Source of the DNA: Pseudomonas aeruginosa
GTDB lineage: Bacteria > Pseudomonadota > Gammaproteobacteria > Pseudomonadales > Pseudomonadaceae
NCBI RefSeq assembly: GCF_001457615.1
Contig: NZ_LN831024.1
Location: forward strand, 2,160,001 to 2,192,000
DNA: 32,000 nucleotides
Direction: 5' to 3'
Of this stretch, positions 18,147 to 27,774 are shown one piece after another. Within the stretch, counting starts at the first letter, position 1. Every line of letters begins with the position of its first letter. The notes under the pieces are model-generated. The model made no database searches, had not been told where the DNA came from, and saw only the letters and a list, made by a program, of their open reading frames with translations. The position numbers and the translations under genes were made by a program.

Positions 18147-18328
18147 TCATGTCTCATGTGCCGTTCATTTTTGTACAAGCGGAGTGTGGTTTGCTCAAGG
18201 CTCTGATAGTGCTTTTAGGAGTGCACAAAACATTGATGCTCAAAAGAAGTCCAATAGTAAGGTCATAAAAATCAATTACTTGCTTTTCATGTGCTTCTTT
18301 TTTGTATGATGGCAGGATAACTACCAAT

Positions 18329-19105
18329 GAGATGTATACCCAGCCGCAAAAGAAATTTCGCGCCCGCGACGAGAACGAGGTACTGGAGGAGATCCGCCGC
18401 TGCGGCGAGCGCCTGATCGTCAAGCGGGTGTTTCTCGCCGATGGCGACGCCCTGGTATTGCCGACCCGCCGGCTGCTCGCGGTGCTGCAGGCGATTCGCC
18501 AGCACTTGCCGGAGGTGGAGCGGGTATCCAGCTACTGCCTGCCGCGCAACCTGCGCAGGAAGTCGGTCGACGAGTTGCGCGAACTGGCCGACGCCGGGCT
18601 GCGAATGGCCTATGTCGGCGCCGAGTCCGGCGACGACGAAGTGCTGGCGCGGGTCAACAAGGGCGAGACCTATTCCTCTACCCTGGATGCGCTGGAAAAG
18701 CTTGGCGAGGCGGGGATCAGTCGTTCGGTGATGATCCTCAACGGTCTGGGCGGAATGACCCTGAGCGCGCAGCACGCGGACAACTCCGCGCGCCTGATGA
18801 ACGCCGCCCAGCCGGAGTACCTGTCGACCCTGGTGGTGAGTTTCCCTACCGGCGAGCAGCGTTTCCGTGCTGGCTTCGCCGATTTCGAGGCGCTGGATCG
18901 GCGTGCCCTGTTCGTCGAGGTCGAACGCCTGTTGCAGGGTTTGGAGCTCGAAGACACGGTATTTCGCAGCGACCACGCTTCCAACTATCTGGTGCTCAAG
19001 GGCGAACTGGGTGCCGACAAGGCGCGCCTGCTGGCCGAGGTCCGCCAGGCCATCGAGCAGCCGCAGCACGCTGCCCTGCGCCAGGAGTGGCAGCGTGGCC
19101 TGTGA
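18329..19105 (+). pseudogene. radical-SAM protein, C-terminal fragment (continuation of 7032-7153)
   Basis: Reading frame from GAG 18329: EMYTQPQKKFRARDENEVLEEIRRCGE...VFLADGDALVLP...AYVGAESGDDEVL, which is the radical-SAM core after the Cys cluster. The upstream codons MYDGRITTN come from inserted DNA. Confidence 0.8.
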
Positions 19106-19169
19106 TGGCGCGGAAGCTGCATCGGCTCGTCATTCGCCGGTTTTCCGACGCCGGCAGGGGAGATGACCG

Positions 19170-19802
19170 ATGTTGCACCTGTTCCGTATCGCCCTGGCGA
19201 TGCTCCTCCTGGGCAGCCTGTCCGCCTGCATGAAGCCCAGCGACCTGGCCGACGGCGCCGACTACTACCTGCGCGACGCCGGGGTGCTCGATCACAGCGC
19301 CAGCCAGCGCAGCAACAACCGGCGGATCCAGGCCGACTCCTTCATCTACATCGGCCAGGGCCCGTTCGTGCCGCCGGGCTACCGGTACGCGCGGCCGAAC
19401 GTGGTGGCCGAGCAGGCCTTCGAAGGTTTCGTCGAGTATTTCCCGCTGGTGCGCCGCGCCAAGGCGCCGCTCGGCCTGGACGACGCGATGCGCGAGGCGC
19501 GTGCCGCCGGCGCTCACTACCTGCTGTACTGCCGTTTCGCCCGGGGCGACAACAGGATCGGCAACTGGGAGGAGTGGGAAGACGAAGAGGAACTCGGCCG
19601 GGTCGGGCGCGATCGCAGTGTCATCCAGGTCATGCTGATCGAGACCAGCACCCGTTTCCTGGTGGACAGCGCGACCATCCGCAGCCGCGGCGGTTTCCTG
19701 ACGTTCTACGACGCCACCCCGGAAGACCTGCTGCGTCCCCCGCTGGAGCAATACGCCCAGGAATTGCTGGGCCTGAACAGTCGAGGAACAGGCTATGAGT
19801 GA
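19170..19802 (+). CDS. lipoprotein (DUF4823-like)
   Basis: 210 aa. Signal peptide with lipobox LLLGSLSAC. The family name is from memory of the syntenic PAO1 gene. Confidence 0.7.
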   Translation: MLHLFRIALAMLLLGSLSACMKPSDLADGADYYLRDAGVLDHSASQRSNNRRIQADSFIYIGQGPFVPPGYRYARPNVVAEQAFEGFVEYFPLVRRAKAPLGLDDAMREARAAGAHYLLYCRFARGDNRIGNWEEWEDEEELGRVGRDRSVIQVMLIETSTRFLVDSATIRSRGGFLTFYDATPEDLLRPPLEQYAQELLGLNSRGTGYE

Positions 19803-20364
19803 TACCGGCAAGGCCAACGACCTGCTGGCGCAGATCCCCAGGGGCGAAAAGAAGGGCCTGCCGCCCGTGCACCTGTGGAATCCGCCGTTCTGCGGCGACA
19901 TCGACATGCGCATCGCCCGCGACGGCACCTGGTTCTACCTGGGCACGCCGATCGGACGCAAGCCGATGGTGAAGCTGTTCTCCAGCATCATTCGCCGCGA
20001 CGGCGACGACTATTTCCTGGTGACTCCGGTGGAAAAGGTCGGTATCCGCGTCGACGATGCGCCCTTCGTCGCGGTGACCCTGCAGGTGCAGGGCGAGGGC
20101 GGGGCGCAGGTACTGCGCTTCGCCACCAACGTCGAGGACGAGGTCGAGGCGGACGCCGGGCATCCGCTGCGCGTCGAGATCGACCCCCGCAGCCAGGAAC
20201 CCACGCCCTACCTGCGGGTGCGCGACAACCTCGAGGCGCTGGTGCATCGCAACGTGTTCTACCAGCTGGTCGAGCTGGCGGTGCCGCGCCGGATCGACGG
20301 CATCGAATGGCTCGGCGTCTGGAGCCACGGCGAGTTCTTTCCCCTCGGCCCGCAGCCGGACTGA
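19795..20364 (+). CDS. DUF1285-family protein
   Basis: 189 aa. LPPVHLWNPPFCGDIDMRIARDGTWFYLGTPIGR is the characteristic DUF1285 N-terminus. Overlaps the previous gene by 8 nt. Confidence 0.75.
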   Translation: MSDTGKANDLLAQIPRGEKKGLPPVHLWNPPFCGDIDMRIARDGTWFYLGTPIGRKPMVKLFSSIIRRDGDDYFLVTPVEKVGIRVDDAPFVAVTLQVQGEGGAQVLRFATNVEDEVEADAGHPLRVEIDPRSQEPTPYLRVRDNLEALVHRNVFYQLVELAVPRRIDGIEWLGVWSHGEFFPLGPQPD

Positions 20365-20377
20365 CAGGCGCAGCATG

Positions 20378-20406
20378 AAAAAAGGCTCCCGAGGGAGCCT
20401 TTTTCG
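20378..20406. terminator. bidirectional intrinsic terminator
   Basis: AAAAAAGGCTCC-cgag-GGAGCCTTTTT lies between the convergent DUF1285 gene (+) and the ETF-QO gene (-). An A-run and a T-run flank a 6-bp GC stem. Confidence 0.8.
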
Positions 20407-20412
20407 TTTGCC

Positions 20413-22068
20413 TTACATGTTGGGGTAGTTCGGCCCGCCGGTACCTTCCGGCGCCACCCAGGTGATGTTCTGCGCCGGGTCCTTGATGTCGCAGGTCTTG
20501 CAGTGCACGCAGTTCTGCGCGTTGATCTGGAAGCGCTTGCTGCCGTCGTCGTTGGCCACCACTTCGTACACGCCTGCCGGGCAGTAGCGCTGGGCCGGCT
20601 CGTCGTAGAGCGGCAGGTTCTTCTCGATCGGAATGCTCGCATCGGCCAGCTTGAGGTGGATCGGCTGGTCTTCCTCGTGGTTGGTATTGGAGAGGAACAC
20701 CGAGGACAGCTTGTCGAAGCTGAGCTTGCCGTCCGGCTTCGGGTAGTCGATCTTCGGCGCTTCGCTGGCCTTTTTCAGGCAGGCGTAGTCCGGCTTGTCG
20801 TCATGCAGGGTGACGGGGATCTTGCCGCCGAAGATGTTCTGGTCGATGAAGTTGAACGCGCCGCCGCCGATAGCGCCGAACTTGTGGATGGCCGCGCCGA
20901 AGTTGCGGCTGCGGAACAGTTCGTCGTACAACCAGCTGGCCTTGAACGCATCGACGTAGCTGGACAGCTCGTCGCCGCCTTCGCGGCCGGCGGCCAGGGC
21001 CTCGGCGATCGCGTCGGCGGCGAGCATGCCGGACTTCATCGCGGTGTGGCTGCCCTTGATCTTGGCGAAGTTCAGGGTGCCGAGGTCACAACCGATCAGC
21101 GCGCCGCCGGGGAAGACCATCTTCGGCAGCGAATTCAGGCCGCCCTTGCAGATGGCCCGGGCGCCGTAGGCCACGCGCTTGCCGCCTTCCAGGTACTGCT
21201 TGACCACCGGGTGGTGCTTGTAGCGCTGGAACTCGTCGAACGGCGACAGGTGCGGGTTGCTGTAGGACAGGTCGATGATCAGGCCGACGAACACTTGGTT
21301 GTTCTCCAGGTGGTAGAGGAACGAGCCGCCGGTATTTTCGTCGTTCAGCGGCCAGCCGGCGGTATGGACCACCAGGCCGGGCTTGTGCTTGGACGGGTCG
21401 ATGTCCCAGATTTCCTTGATGCCGATACCGTAGTGCTGGGCATCGGCCTCGCTATCCAGGTTGTATTTCTTGATCAGTTGCTTGCCGATGTGCCCGCGGC
21501 AGCCTTCGGCGAACAGGGTGTACTTGGCCCGCAGCTCCATGCCGGGGGTGTAGTAGCCTTCTTTCGGGTTGCCTTCGCGGTCGACGCCGAGGTCGCCGGT
21601 GACGATGCCGCGGACCACGCCGTTCTCGTCGATCAGCGCTTCCTGGGCGGCGAAGCCCGGATAGATCTCCACGCCCAGTCCTTCGGCCTGCTGGGCCAGC
21701 CAGCGGCAGAGGTTGCCCAGGGAGATGATATAGTTGCCCTCGTTGTGCATGGTCTTGGGCACGAAGAAGTTGGGCACCTTGGTAGCGCTCTCGGCGCTCT
21801 TCAGGACGTAGATGTCGTCGCCGGTCACCGGGGTATTGAGCGGCGCGCCGAGTTCCTTCCAGTCGGGGAACAGCTCGTTCAGCGCGCGCGGCTCGAACAC
21901 CGCGCCGGAGAGGATGTGGGCGCCCACTTCGGAACCCTTCTCGACCACGCAGACGCTGATCTCTTGACCGGCTTCGGCGGCCTTCTGCTTCAGTCGGCAT
22001 GCGGCGGACAGACCGGCGGGGCCGGCGCCGACGATGACGACGTCGAATTCCATGTATTCGCGTTCCAC
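20413..22068 (-). CDS. electron-transfer flavoprotein:ubiquinone oxidoreductase (ETF-QO)
   Basis: FAD-binding FDVVIVGAGPAGL at the N-terminus and a 4Fe-4S region CVHCKTCDIKDP at the C-terminus. I chose GTG 22068 because AGGAG (22076-22080) lies 7 nt upstream, giving 551 aa. The track ORF starts at TTG 22086. Confidence 0.9.
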   Translation of the reverse strand: MEREYMEFDVVIVGAGPAGLSAACRLKQKAAEAGQEISVCVVEKGSEVGAHILSGAVFEPRALNELFPDWKELGAPLNTPVTGDDIYVLKSAESATKVPNFFVPKTMHNEGNYIISLGNLCRWLAQQAEGLGVEIYPGFAAQEALIDENGVVRGIVTGDLGVDREGNPKEGYYTPGMELRAKYTLFAEGCRGHIGKQLIKKYNLDSEADAQHYGIGIKEIWDIDPSKHKPGLVVHTAGWPLNDENTGGSFLYHLENNQVFVGLIIDLSYSNPHLSPFDEFQRYKHHPVVKQYLEGGKRVAYGARAICKGGLNSLPKMVFPGGALIGCDLGTLNFAKIKGSHTAMKSGMLAADAIAEALAAGREGGDELSSYVDAFKASWLYDELFRSRNFGAAIHKFGAIGGGAFNFIDQNIFGGKIPVTLHDDKPDYACLKKASEAPKIDYPKPDGKLSFDKLSSVFLSNTNHEEDQPIHLKLADASIPIEKNLPLYDEPAQRYCPAGVYEVVANDDGSKRFQINAQNCVHCKTCDIKDPAQNITWVAPEGTGGPNYPNM

Positions 22069-22173
22069 TATCGATCTCCTACTCAAGGCTCACGGTATCT
22101 GTTTATTGGTGGCTGAGATCTTTCCCTGATCAGAGCGGGCGCATTATATATAGCTGCATGGGCAGGTCCAATA

Positions 22174-22187
22174 CAAACGTTTGTTTG
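22174..22187. promoter_or_regulatory. PsrA-type operator candidate (CAAAC-N4-GTTTG)
   Basis: CAAACgtttGTTTG is read directly in the ETF-QO/etfB divergent intergenic region. It fits the published PsrA half-site consensus (G/C)AAAC N2-4 GTTT(G/C). I recall etf genes being reported in the PsrA regulon. Confidence 0.5.
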
Positions 22188-22388
22188 AATTCTTTGGAAG
22201 CCTGATAGAATCGGCATTCGAGGGGGGGAAACCACCCTTTTGCCGTATTGACCGAAAAGGGTGATCCGGTCAAGATACGGGCGGTTTTGCGGTCGCTGTC
22301 TAGCAGAGTGTCGGTTTCCGGCCGGCGAGCATCACCGGCCAGGCCTGTCTGGCGACATCCTTATTCACCGGAGAATAACGAGGAATCC

Positions 22389-23138
22389 ATGAAGGTTCTT
22401 GTAGCAGTCAAACGAGTGGTCGACTACAACGTCAAGGTCCGCGTCAAGGCGGACAACTCCGGCGTCGACCTCGCCAACGTCAAGATGTCCATGAACCCCT
22501 TCTGCGAAATCGCCGTGGAAGAAGCCGTGCGCCTGAAAGAGAAGGGCGTGGCTACCGAGATCGTCGCTGTCTCCGTCGGCCCGACCGCCGCCCAGGAGCA
22601 ACTGCGCACCGCGCTGGCGCTGGGCGCTGACCGTGCGATCCTGGTGGAGAGCAACGACGAGCTGAACTCCCTGGCCGTGGCCAAGCTGCTCAAGGCCGTG
22701 GTCGACAAGGAGCAGCCGCAGCTGGTGATCCTCGGCAAGCAGGCCATCGACAGCGACAACAACCAGACCGGCCAGATGCTCGCCGCGCTGACCGGCTACG
22801 CCCAGGGCACCTTCGCCTCCAAGGTCGAGGTCGCTGGCGACAAGGTCAACGTGACCCGCGAGATCGATGGCGGTCTGCAGACCGTCGCGCTGAACCTGCC
22901 GGCCATCGTCACCACCGACCTGCGCCTGAACGAGCCGCGCTACGCGTCGCTGCCGAACATCATGAAAGCCAAGAAGAAGCCGCTGGACGTGGTGACCCCG
23001 GACGCCCTGGGCGTTTCCACCGCTTCCACCGTGAAGACCCTGAAGGTCGAGGCGCCGGCTGCACGCTCCGCTGGCATCAAGGTCAAGTCCGTGGCTGAAC
23101 TGGTAGAGAAACTGAAGAACGAGGCGAAGGTAATCTAA
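22389..23138 (+). CDS. etfB: electron transfer flavoprotein beta subunit
   Basis: ATG 22389 with GAGGA 4 nt upstream. [19 protein letters not shown] is the canonical EtfB N-terminus, 249 aa. The upstream part of the track ORF was rejected. Confidence 0.92.
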   Translation: MKVLVAVKRVVDYNVKVRVKADNSGVDLANVKMSMNPFCEIAVEEAVRLKEKGVATEIVAVSVGPTAAQEQLRTALALGADRAILVESNDELNSLAVAKLLKAVVDKEQPQLVILGKQAIDSDNNQTGQMLAALTGYAQGTFASKVEVAGDKVNVTREIDGGLQTVALNLPAIVTTDLRLNEPRYASLPNIMKAKKKPLDVVTPDALGVSTASTVKTLKVEAPAARSAGIKVKSVAELVEKLKNEAKVI

Positions 23139-24067
23139 TGGCTATCCTGGTTATCGCTGAGCACAACAACGCGGCCCTGGCGGCTGCCACCCTGAACACC
23201 GTTGCCGCTGCCAAGGCCATTGGCGGCGACATCCACGTGCTGGTCGCCGGACAGAACGTTGCCGCCGTGGCCGAAGCCGCCGCCAAGGTCGAGGGCGTCT
23301 CCAAGGTGCTGGTCGCCGACAACGCCGCCTACGCCCACCAACTGCCGGAAAACGTCGCACCGCTGATCGCCGAGCTGGGCAAGAACTACAGCCACGTGCT
23401 GGCCCCGGCTACCACCAACGGCAAGAACTTCCTGCCGCGCGTCGCCGCGCTGCTGGACGTCGACCAGATCTCCGAGATCGTCGAAGTGGTCAGCCCCGAC
23501 ACCTTCAAGCGTCCGATCTACGCCGGCAACGCCATCGCTACCGTGCAGTCCTCGGCTGCGGTCAAGGTGATCACCGTGCGTACCACCGGCTTCGACGCCG
23601 TCGCCGCCGAAGGCGGTTCGGCTGCCGTCGAGCAGGTTTCCGGCCCGGCCGATACCGGCAAGTCCGCCTTCGTCGGCGAAGAGCTGGCCAAGTCCGACCG
23701 TCCGGAACTGACCGCTGCCAAGATCGTGGTCTCCGGCGGCCGCGGCATGCAGAACGGCGACAACTTCAAGATCCTCTACGCCCTGGCCGACAAGCTGGGT
23801 GCCGCAGTCGGCGCTTCCCGCGCCGCGGTCGACGCCGGTTTCGTGCCGAACGACATGCAGGTCGGCCAGACCGGCAAGATCGTCGCCCCGCAGCTGTACA
23901 TCGCGGTGGGTATCTCCGGTGCCATCCAGCACCTGGCGGGCATGAAGGACTCGAAGGTGATCGTCGCGATCAACAAGGACGAAGAGGCGCCGATCTTCCA
24001 GGTCGCCGACTACGGCCTGGTCGCCGACCTGTTCGACGCCGTACCGGAGCTGGAAAAGGCCGTCTGA
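23138..24067 (+). CDS. etfA: electron transfer flavoprotein alpha subunit
   Basis: 309 aa. MAILVIAEH..., FAD-binding C-terminal domain (VVSGGRG..., [29 protein letters not shown]). The start overlaps the etfB stop. Confidence 0.92.
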   Translation: MAILVIAEHNNAALAAATLNTVAAAKAIGGDIHVLVAGQNVAAVAEAAAKVEGVSKVLVADNAAYAHQLPENVAPLIAELGKNYSHVLAPATTNGKNFLPRVAALLDVDQISEIVEVVSPDTFKRPIYAGNAIATVQSSAAVKVITVRTTGFDAVAAEGGSAAVEQVSGPADTGKSAFVGEELAKSDRPELTAAKIVVSGGRGMQNGDNFKILYALADKLGAAVGASRAAVDAGFVPNDMQVGQTGKIVAPQLYIAVGISGAIQHLAGMKDSKVIVAINKDEEAPIFQVADYGLVADLFDAVPELEKAV

Positions 24068-24089
24068 GCCCGATTCCAAGCCGACAAGA

Positions 24090-24114
24090 CCCGCTCCCCG
24101 GAGCGGGTTTTTTT
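24090..24114 (+). terminator. intrinsic terminator after etfA
   Basis: CCCGCTC-cccg-GAGCGGG followed by T7. Confidence 0.8.
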
Positions 24115-24251
24115 ATGTCCGGGCTGCGACGCGTGACCCTTTGGTCACGATTCCTGCCTTCGGTCCGCCCAAGCGGAGGTGTCTCATTTACAATGCGCGA
24201 CGTCTCTAGCTCCTGAATGTGCTTTTCCGGCATCTAGCAACCGAGGTTTTC

Positions 24252-25448
24252 ATGATCATCAAACCGCGCGTGCGTGGCTTCATCTGCGTCACTACCCATC
24301 CGGCAGGCTGCGAGGCCAACGTCAAGCAACAGATCGACTACGTCGAGGCCAAGGGCCCCGTCGTCAACGGACCGAAGAAGGTCCTGGTCATCGGTTCCTC
24401 CACCGGCTATGGCCTGGCTGCCCGCATCACCGCCGCGTTCGGTTCCGGCGCCGATACCCTCGGGGTGTTCTTCGAGCGTCCGGGCAGCGAGAGCAAGCCG
24501 GGCACCGCCGGCTGGTACAACTCGGCGGCCTTCGAGAAGTTCGCCCACGAGAAAGGCCTGTATGCCCGCAGCATCAATGGCGACGCTTTCTCCGACGAGG
24601 TGAAGCGGCTGACCATCGAGACCATCAAGCGCGATCTCGGCAAGGTCGACCTGGTGGTCTACAGCCTGGCCGCGCCGCGCCGTACCCATCCGAAGAGCGG
24701 CGAAGTGTTCTCCTCGACCCTCAAGCCGATCGGCAAGTCGGTCAGCTTCCGTGGCCTGGACACCGACAAGGAAGTGATCAAGGACGTGGTCCTGGAGGCG
24801 GCCAGCGACCAGGAGGTCGCCGATACCGTTGCGGTGATGGGCGGCGAGGACTGGCAGATGTGGATCGACGCGCTGCTGGAGGCCGACGTGCTGGCCGACG
24901 GCGCGAAGACCACCGCGTTCACCTACCTGGGCGAGAAGATCACCCACGACATCTACTGGAACGGTTCCATCGGCGCAGCCAAGAAGGATCTCGACCAGAA
25001 GGTCCTCGGTATCCGCGACAAGCTCGCCCCGCTGGGCGGCGACGCGCGCGTCTCGGTGCTCAAGGCGGTGGTGACCCAGGCCAGCTCGGCGATCCCGATG
25101 ATGCCGCTGTACCTGTCGCTGCTGTTCAAGGTGATGAAGGAGCAGGGTACCCACGAAGGTTGCATCGAGCAGGTCGACGGCCTGTACCGGGAGAGCCTGT
25201 ACGGCGCCGAGCCGCGCCTCGACGAGGAAGGCCGCCTGCGTGCCGACTACAAGGAACTGCAGCCGGAAGTGCAGTCCCGTGTCGAGGAGCTGTGGGACAA
25301 GGTAACCAACGAGAACCTTTACGAATTGACCGACTTCGCTGGCTACAAGAGCGAGTTCCTCAACCTGTTCGGTTTCGAGGTCGCTGGGGTCGACTACGAG
25401 CAGGACGTCAACCCGGACGTGCAGATCGCCAACCTGATCCAGGCCTGA
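24252..25448 (+). CDS. fabV: trans-2-enoyl-ACP reductase FabV
   Basis: ATG 24252. [24 protein letters not shown]... is the FabV/TER family N-terminus, 398 aa. The locus matches PAO1 fabV next to etfA as I recall. Confidence 0.9.
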
Positions 25449-25491
25449 GGCCTGGATCCGAGCCGTCCTCGCGACGGCTCCCGCTCCCCCG

Positions 25492-25522
25492 GAACCGGCG
25501 CCCAGGCGCCGGTTCGCGTTTT
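25492..25522 (+). terminator. intrinsic terminator-like hairpin between convergent fabV and plaF
   Basis: GAACCGGCGC-ccag-GCGCCGGTTC followed by gcgtttt. Confidence 0.6.
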
Positions 25523-26469
25523 CAGCGACCGGCCACCTGGGCGTTCCGTACGCCGTCGAGGAAGGCCTGGTAGTGCTGCGCGGTTTCCTCCGGGCGTTCG
25601 ACCATCGGCACGTGTCCGCAGTTTTCCATGATCACCACGCTGGGCCGCTTCAGCAGCGGACGCATCACCTCGATGCTGGAGACGTCCAGCACGCGGTCGC
25701 GGTCGCCCCAGAGCAGCAGGGTCGGTGCCTCGATCTTCGGCAGTTCCGGCTCCAGCGGGATGTAGCGCTGGCGCAGTTGTTCGAATATCTGCGCGTTGAA
25801 CGCCGACGCGGCTACCGCGCGTTCGCCGAGGTAGCGCTTGAGCGGCGCCGGCAGCGGCGGTTGCTGGACGAACACGAAGTCGAGCAGCTTCTGGAAGTCT
25901 TCCGGCTGGCGCACCACCAGGGGATTCTCGCCGCGCTCCAGGTCCTCGAACAGTTCGCTCTTGCGCGCCGGCATCACCCCGGCGTTGTCGATCAGCGCCA
26001 GCGATAGCACCTGTTCCGGATGGCGCGCCGCGTAGAGCGCGGCGATGTGCCCGCCCATGGAGTTGCCGGCCAGGTGCAGGCGGCGCACGCCGATGGCGGC
26101 GGCGAAATTGGCGACTCGCTCGGCCTGGGTGCCGACGTCGTAGCTGGCCTGTTGCGGCTTGCTGCTGTCGCCGAAGCCGGGCAGGTCGAGGGCGACCACA
26201 TGGTAGCGCTCGGTCAGCGGCCGGGCGAAGCGCAGCCAGTTGTCCTTGTCGGCGCCGAAGCCGTGGATCAGCAACAGGGTCGGGTTCTTCTCCGAGCCAC
26301 CTTCCAGGTAGGCGATCTCCAGGTTGTCGACCTGCACGCTGTGCTCGCTGAGACCGGCGAGACCGCGCTCGACGGTGCGTACGCTGGCGAGGAGGGTAGC
26401 CGGGACGAAGTAGAGGACGCCGGCGGCGACCGCCAGCAGCAGAACCAGACCGAGGAGGAATCGTTTCAT
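25522..26469 (-). CDS. plaF: membrane-anchored alpha/beta-hydrolase phospholipase A1 (PlaF-like)
   Basis: 315 aa. N-terminal TM helix (LLGLVLLLAVAAGVLYF), HGFGA oxyanion region and GNSMGG nucleophile elbow. The position next to fabV matches PA2949 as I recall. Confidence 0.8.
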   Translation of the reverse strand: MKRFLLGLVLLLAVAAGVLYFVPATLLASVRTVERGLAGLSEHSVQVDNLEIAYLEGGSEKNPTLLLIHGFGADKDNWLRFARPLTERYHVVALDLPGFGDSSKPQQASYDVGTQAERVANFAAAIGVRRLHLAGNSMGGHIAALYAARHPEQVLSLALIDNAGVMPARKSELFEDLERGENPLVVRQPEDFQKLLDFVFVQQPPLPAPLKRYLGERAVAASAFNAQIFEQLRQRYIPLEPELPKIEAPTLLLWGDRDRVLDVSSIEVMRPLLKRPSVVIMENCGHVPMVERPEETAQHYQAFLDGVRNAQVAGR

Positions 26470-26597
26470 GGGTGTCCGAAGGCTTCAGGAAAAAAGGGGC
26501 CAGCGCTGAACGCTAGCCGTGCCGGCCCGCTGTCGCAAGCCTTGTGACGAGTCTAGGCGTGCTGCCGGTGGTCGGCGCCGAACCTAAGGACGGCGGT

Positions 26598-27350
26598 TCA
26601 TTCGCCGGGTCGATAGAGATGTCGATGCTCGGCGCGGTACAGCGAAGAGTCGGCGAAGCCTTCGGCGGCCAGCACCTCGCCGACCAGGATCAGCGCGGTG
26701 CGGCGGAAATTCCTGGCGGCGACCTTGGGCAGGATGTCGCCGAGGGTGCCGCGAACCTGTTCCTGGTCGGGCCAACTGGCCCGGTGGATCACCGCGACCG
26801 GGCAGTCGGCGCCGTAGTGCGGCAGCAGTTCCTCGACGATCTTCGCCAGGTGGGCGACGCCCAGGTGGATCGCCAGGGTCGCCCGGTGCCGCGCCAGGTC
26901 ACCCAGGCTCTCGCCTTCCGGCATCTTCGTGCGTGCGGCGTAGCGGGTCAGGATCAGCGTCTGGGACACTTCGGGCAGGGTCAGCTCGCAGCCGAGCAGG
27001 GCGGCGCAGGCGGCGGTGGCGGTGACCCCGGGGACGATCTCATAGGGGATGCCGAGTTCGCGCAGGTGGCGGATCTGCTCGCCGATGGCGCCGTACAGGG
27101 AGGGATCGCCGGAATGCACGCGGGCTACGTCGAGGCCACGGCGATGGGCTTGCGCGAGTAGCTCGACGATCTGTTCGAGGTCCAGCTCGGCGGTGTTCAC
27201 CACCTGGCCGGCCTGGTGCCCCTCGAGCAGCGCTTGCGGAACCAGCGAGCCGGCGTAGAGGATCACCGGGCACTGGCGGATCAGGCGCTGCCCCTTGACG
27301 GTGATCAGGTCAGGGTCGCCGGGACCGGCGCCGATGAAATAGACGGTCAT
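26598..27350 (-). CDS. cobM: precorrin-4 C11-methyltransferase
   Basis: 250 aa. VYFIGAGPGDPDLITVKG tetrapyrrole-methylase N-terminus. ATGA overlap with the upstream cobE-like gene. Confidence 0.9.
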   Translation of the reverse strand: MTVYFIGAGPGDPDLITVKGQRLIRQCPVILYAGSLVPQALLEGHQAGQVVNTAELDLEQIVELLAQAHRRGLDVARVHSGDPSLYGAIGEQIRHLRELGIPYEIVPGVTATAACAALLGCELTLPEVSQTLILTRYAARTKMPEGESLGDLARHRATLAIHLGVAHLAKIVEELLPHYGADCPVAVIHRASWPDQEQVRGTLGDILPKVAARNFRRTALILVGEVLAAEGFADSSLYRAEHRHLYRPGE

Positions 27351-27774
27351 GGGAGTTCTCGTTCGGTGAGAAGACGTGCCAGGGCGATGCTCGCCCGATC
27401 GTCGCTGCGTTTCGCGCCGAGCAGATCGGCGCGACCGCCACCCAGGCGTTCGGCCAGGGCCAGGGCGGCGGCCTCGGCGACGCTGGAGCAGCCGGTTTCG
27501 CGCAGCGCGACGGCGGAGGGGCTGAGCAGGCGCGGCTCGTAGTCGTGCAGGACGGCGGGTGCGAGGAAATGCACGGGCGTTCGAGCAGCGCGGCCAGTTG
27601 CCGCAGGCCGGGTTCGTCGCGTTTGCCGTCGATGCTGGCGAGGGCGTCCAGCTCGGCCAGGCTGCGCCCGTGTTCGCCCAGCGTTCGCTCCAGCAGCGCG
27701 CGCAGATGCTCGGCGCTACAGCCTCGGCGGCAGCCGATGCCGGCGATCAGCAGGCTGGGGATGGGCAGGGGCAT
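27347..27774 (-). pseudogene. cobE: cobalamin biosynthesis CobE/CbiG-C-terminal-domain protein, apparent 1-nt frameshift
   Basis: The N-terminal half (27774 down to about 27575) reads MPLPIPSLLIAGIGCRRGCSAEHLRALLE...QLAALLERP. The C-terminal half continues in another frame from GTG 27574 (VHFLAPAVLHDYEPRLLSPSAVALRETGCSSVAEAAALA...). Together they make a CobE-like protein of about 141 aa. Confidence 0.65.

Larger units (their letters stand above)
7154..18328. mobile_element. inserted genomic islet of about 11.2 kb (defence cargo, no self-encoded integrase or transposase)
   Basis: Interrupts one reading frame: 7032-7153 and 18329-19105 join to ...NKCGFCEMYTQPQKKF.... Composition is visibly AT-richer than the flanks. 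GA occurs on both sides of the junction. An inverted 9-mer TAGTTATCC lies near both ends. Confidence 0.75.

Noticed and set aside
18112-18423. ORFs 18112-18309 (+) and 18154-18423 (-) in the AT-rich right arm, and the MYDGRITTN start of ORF 18302
   Set aside because: The peptides are low-complexity (poly-Pro from the C10 tract, F/L/K-rich strings) and cross the islet junction. ATG 18302 is in inserted DNA, so the true homologous sequence begins at 18329.
20503-22116. 537-aa plus-strand ORF antisense to ETF-QO. Similar shadow ORFs: 23135-24079 (-), 24179-25573 (+), 24234-25154 (-), 28937-30082 (-), 29100-31826 (-, 908 aa), 18287-19069 (-), 18996-19928 (-)
   Set aside because: These are shadow ORFs of well-supported genes (ETF-QO, etfA, fabV, cobW, cobN, radical-SAM, lipoprotein). 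Composition is biased, and they have no start context or recognisable domains.
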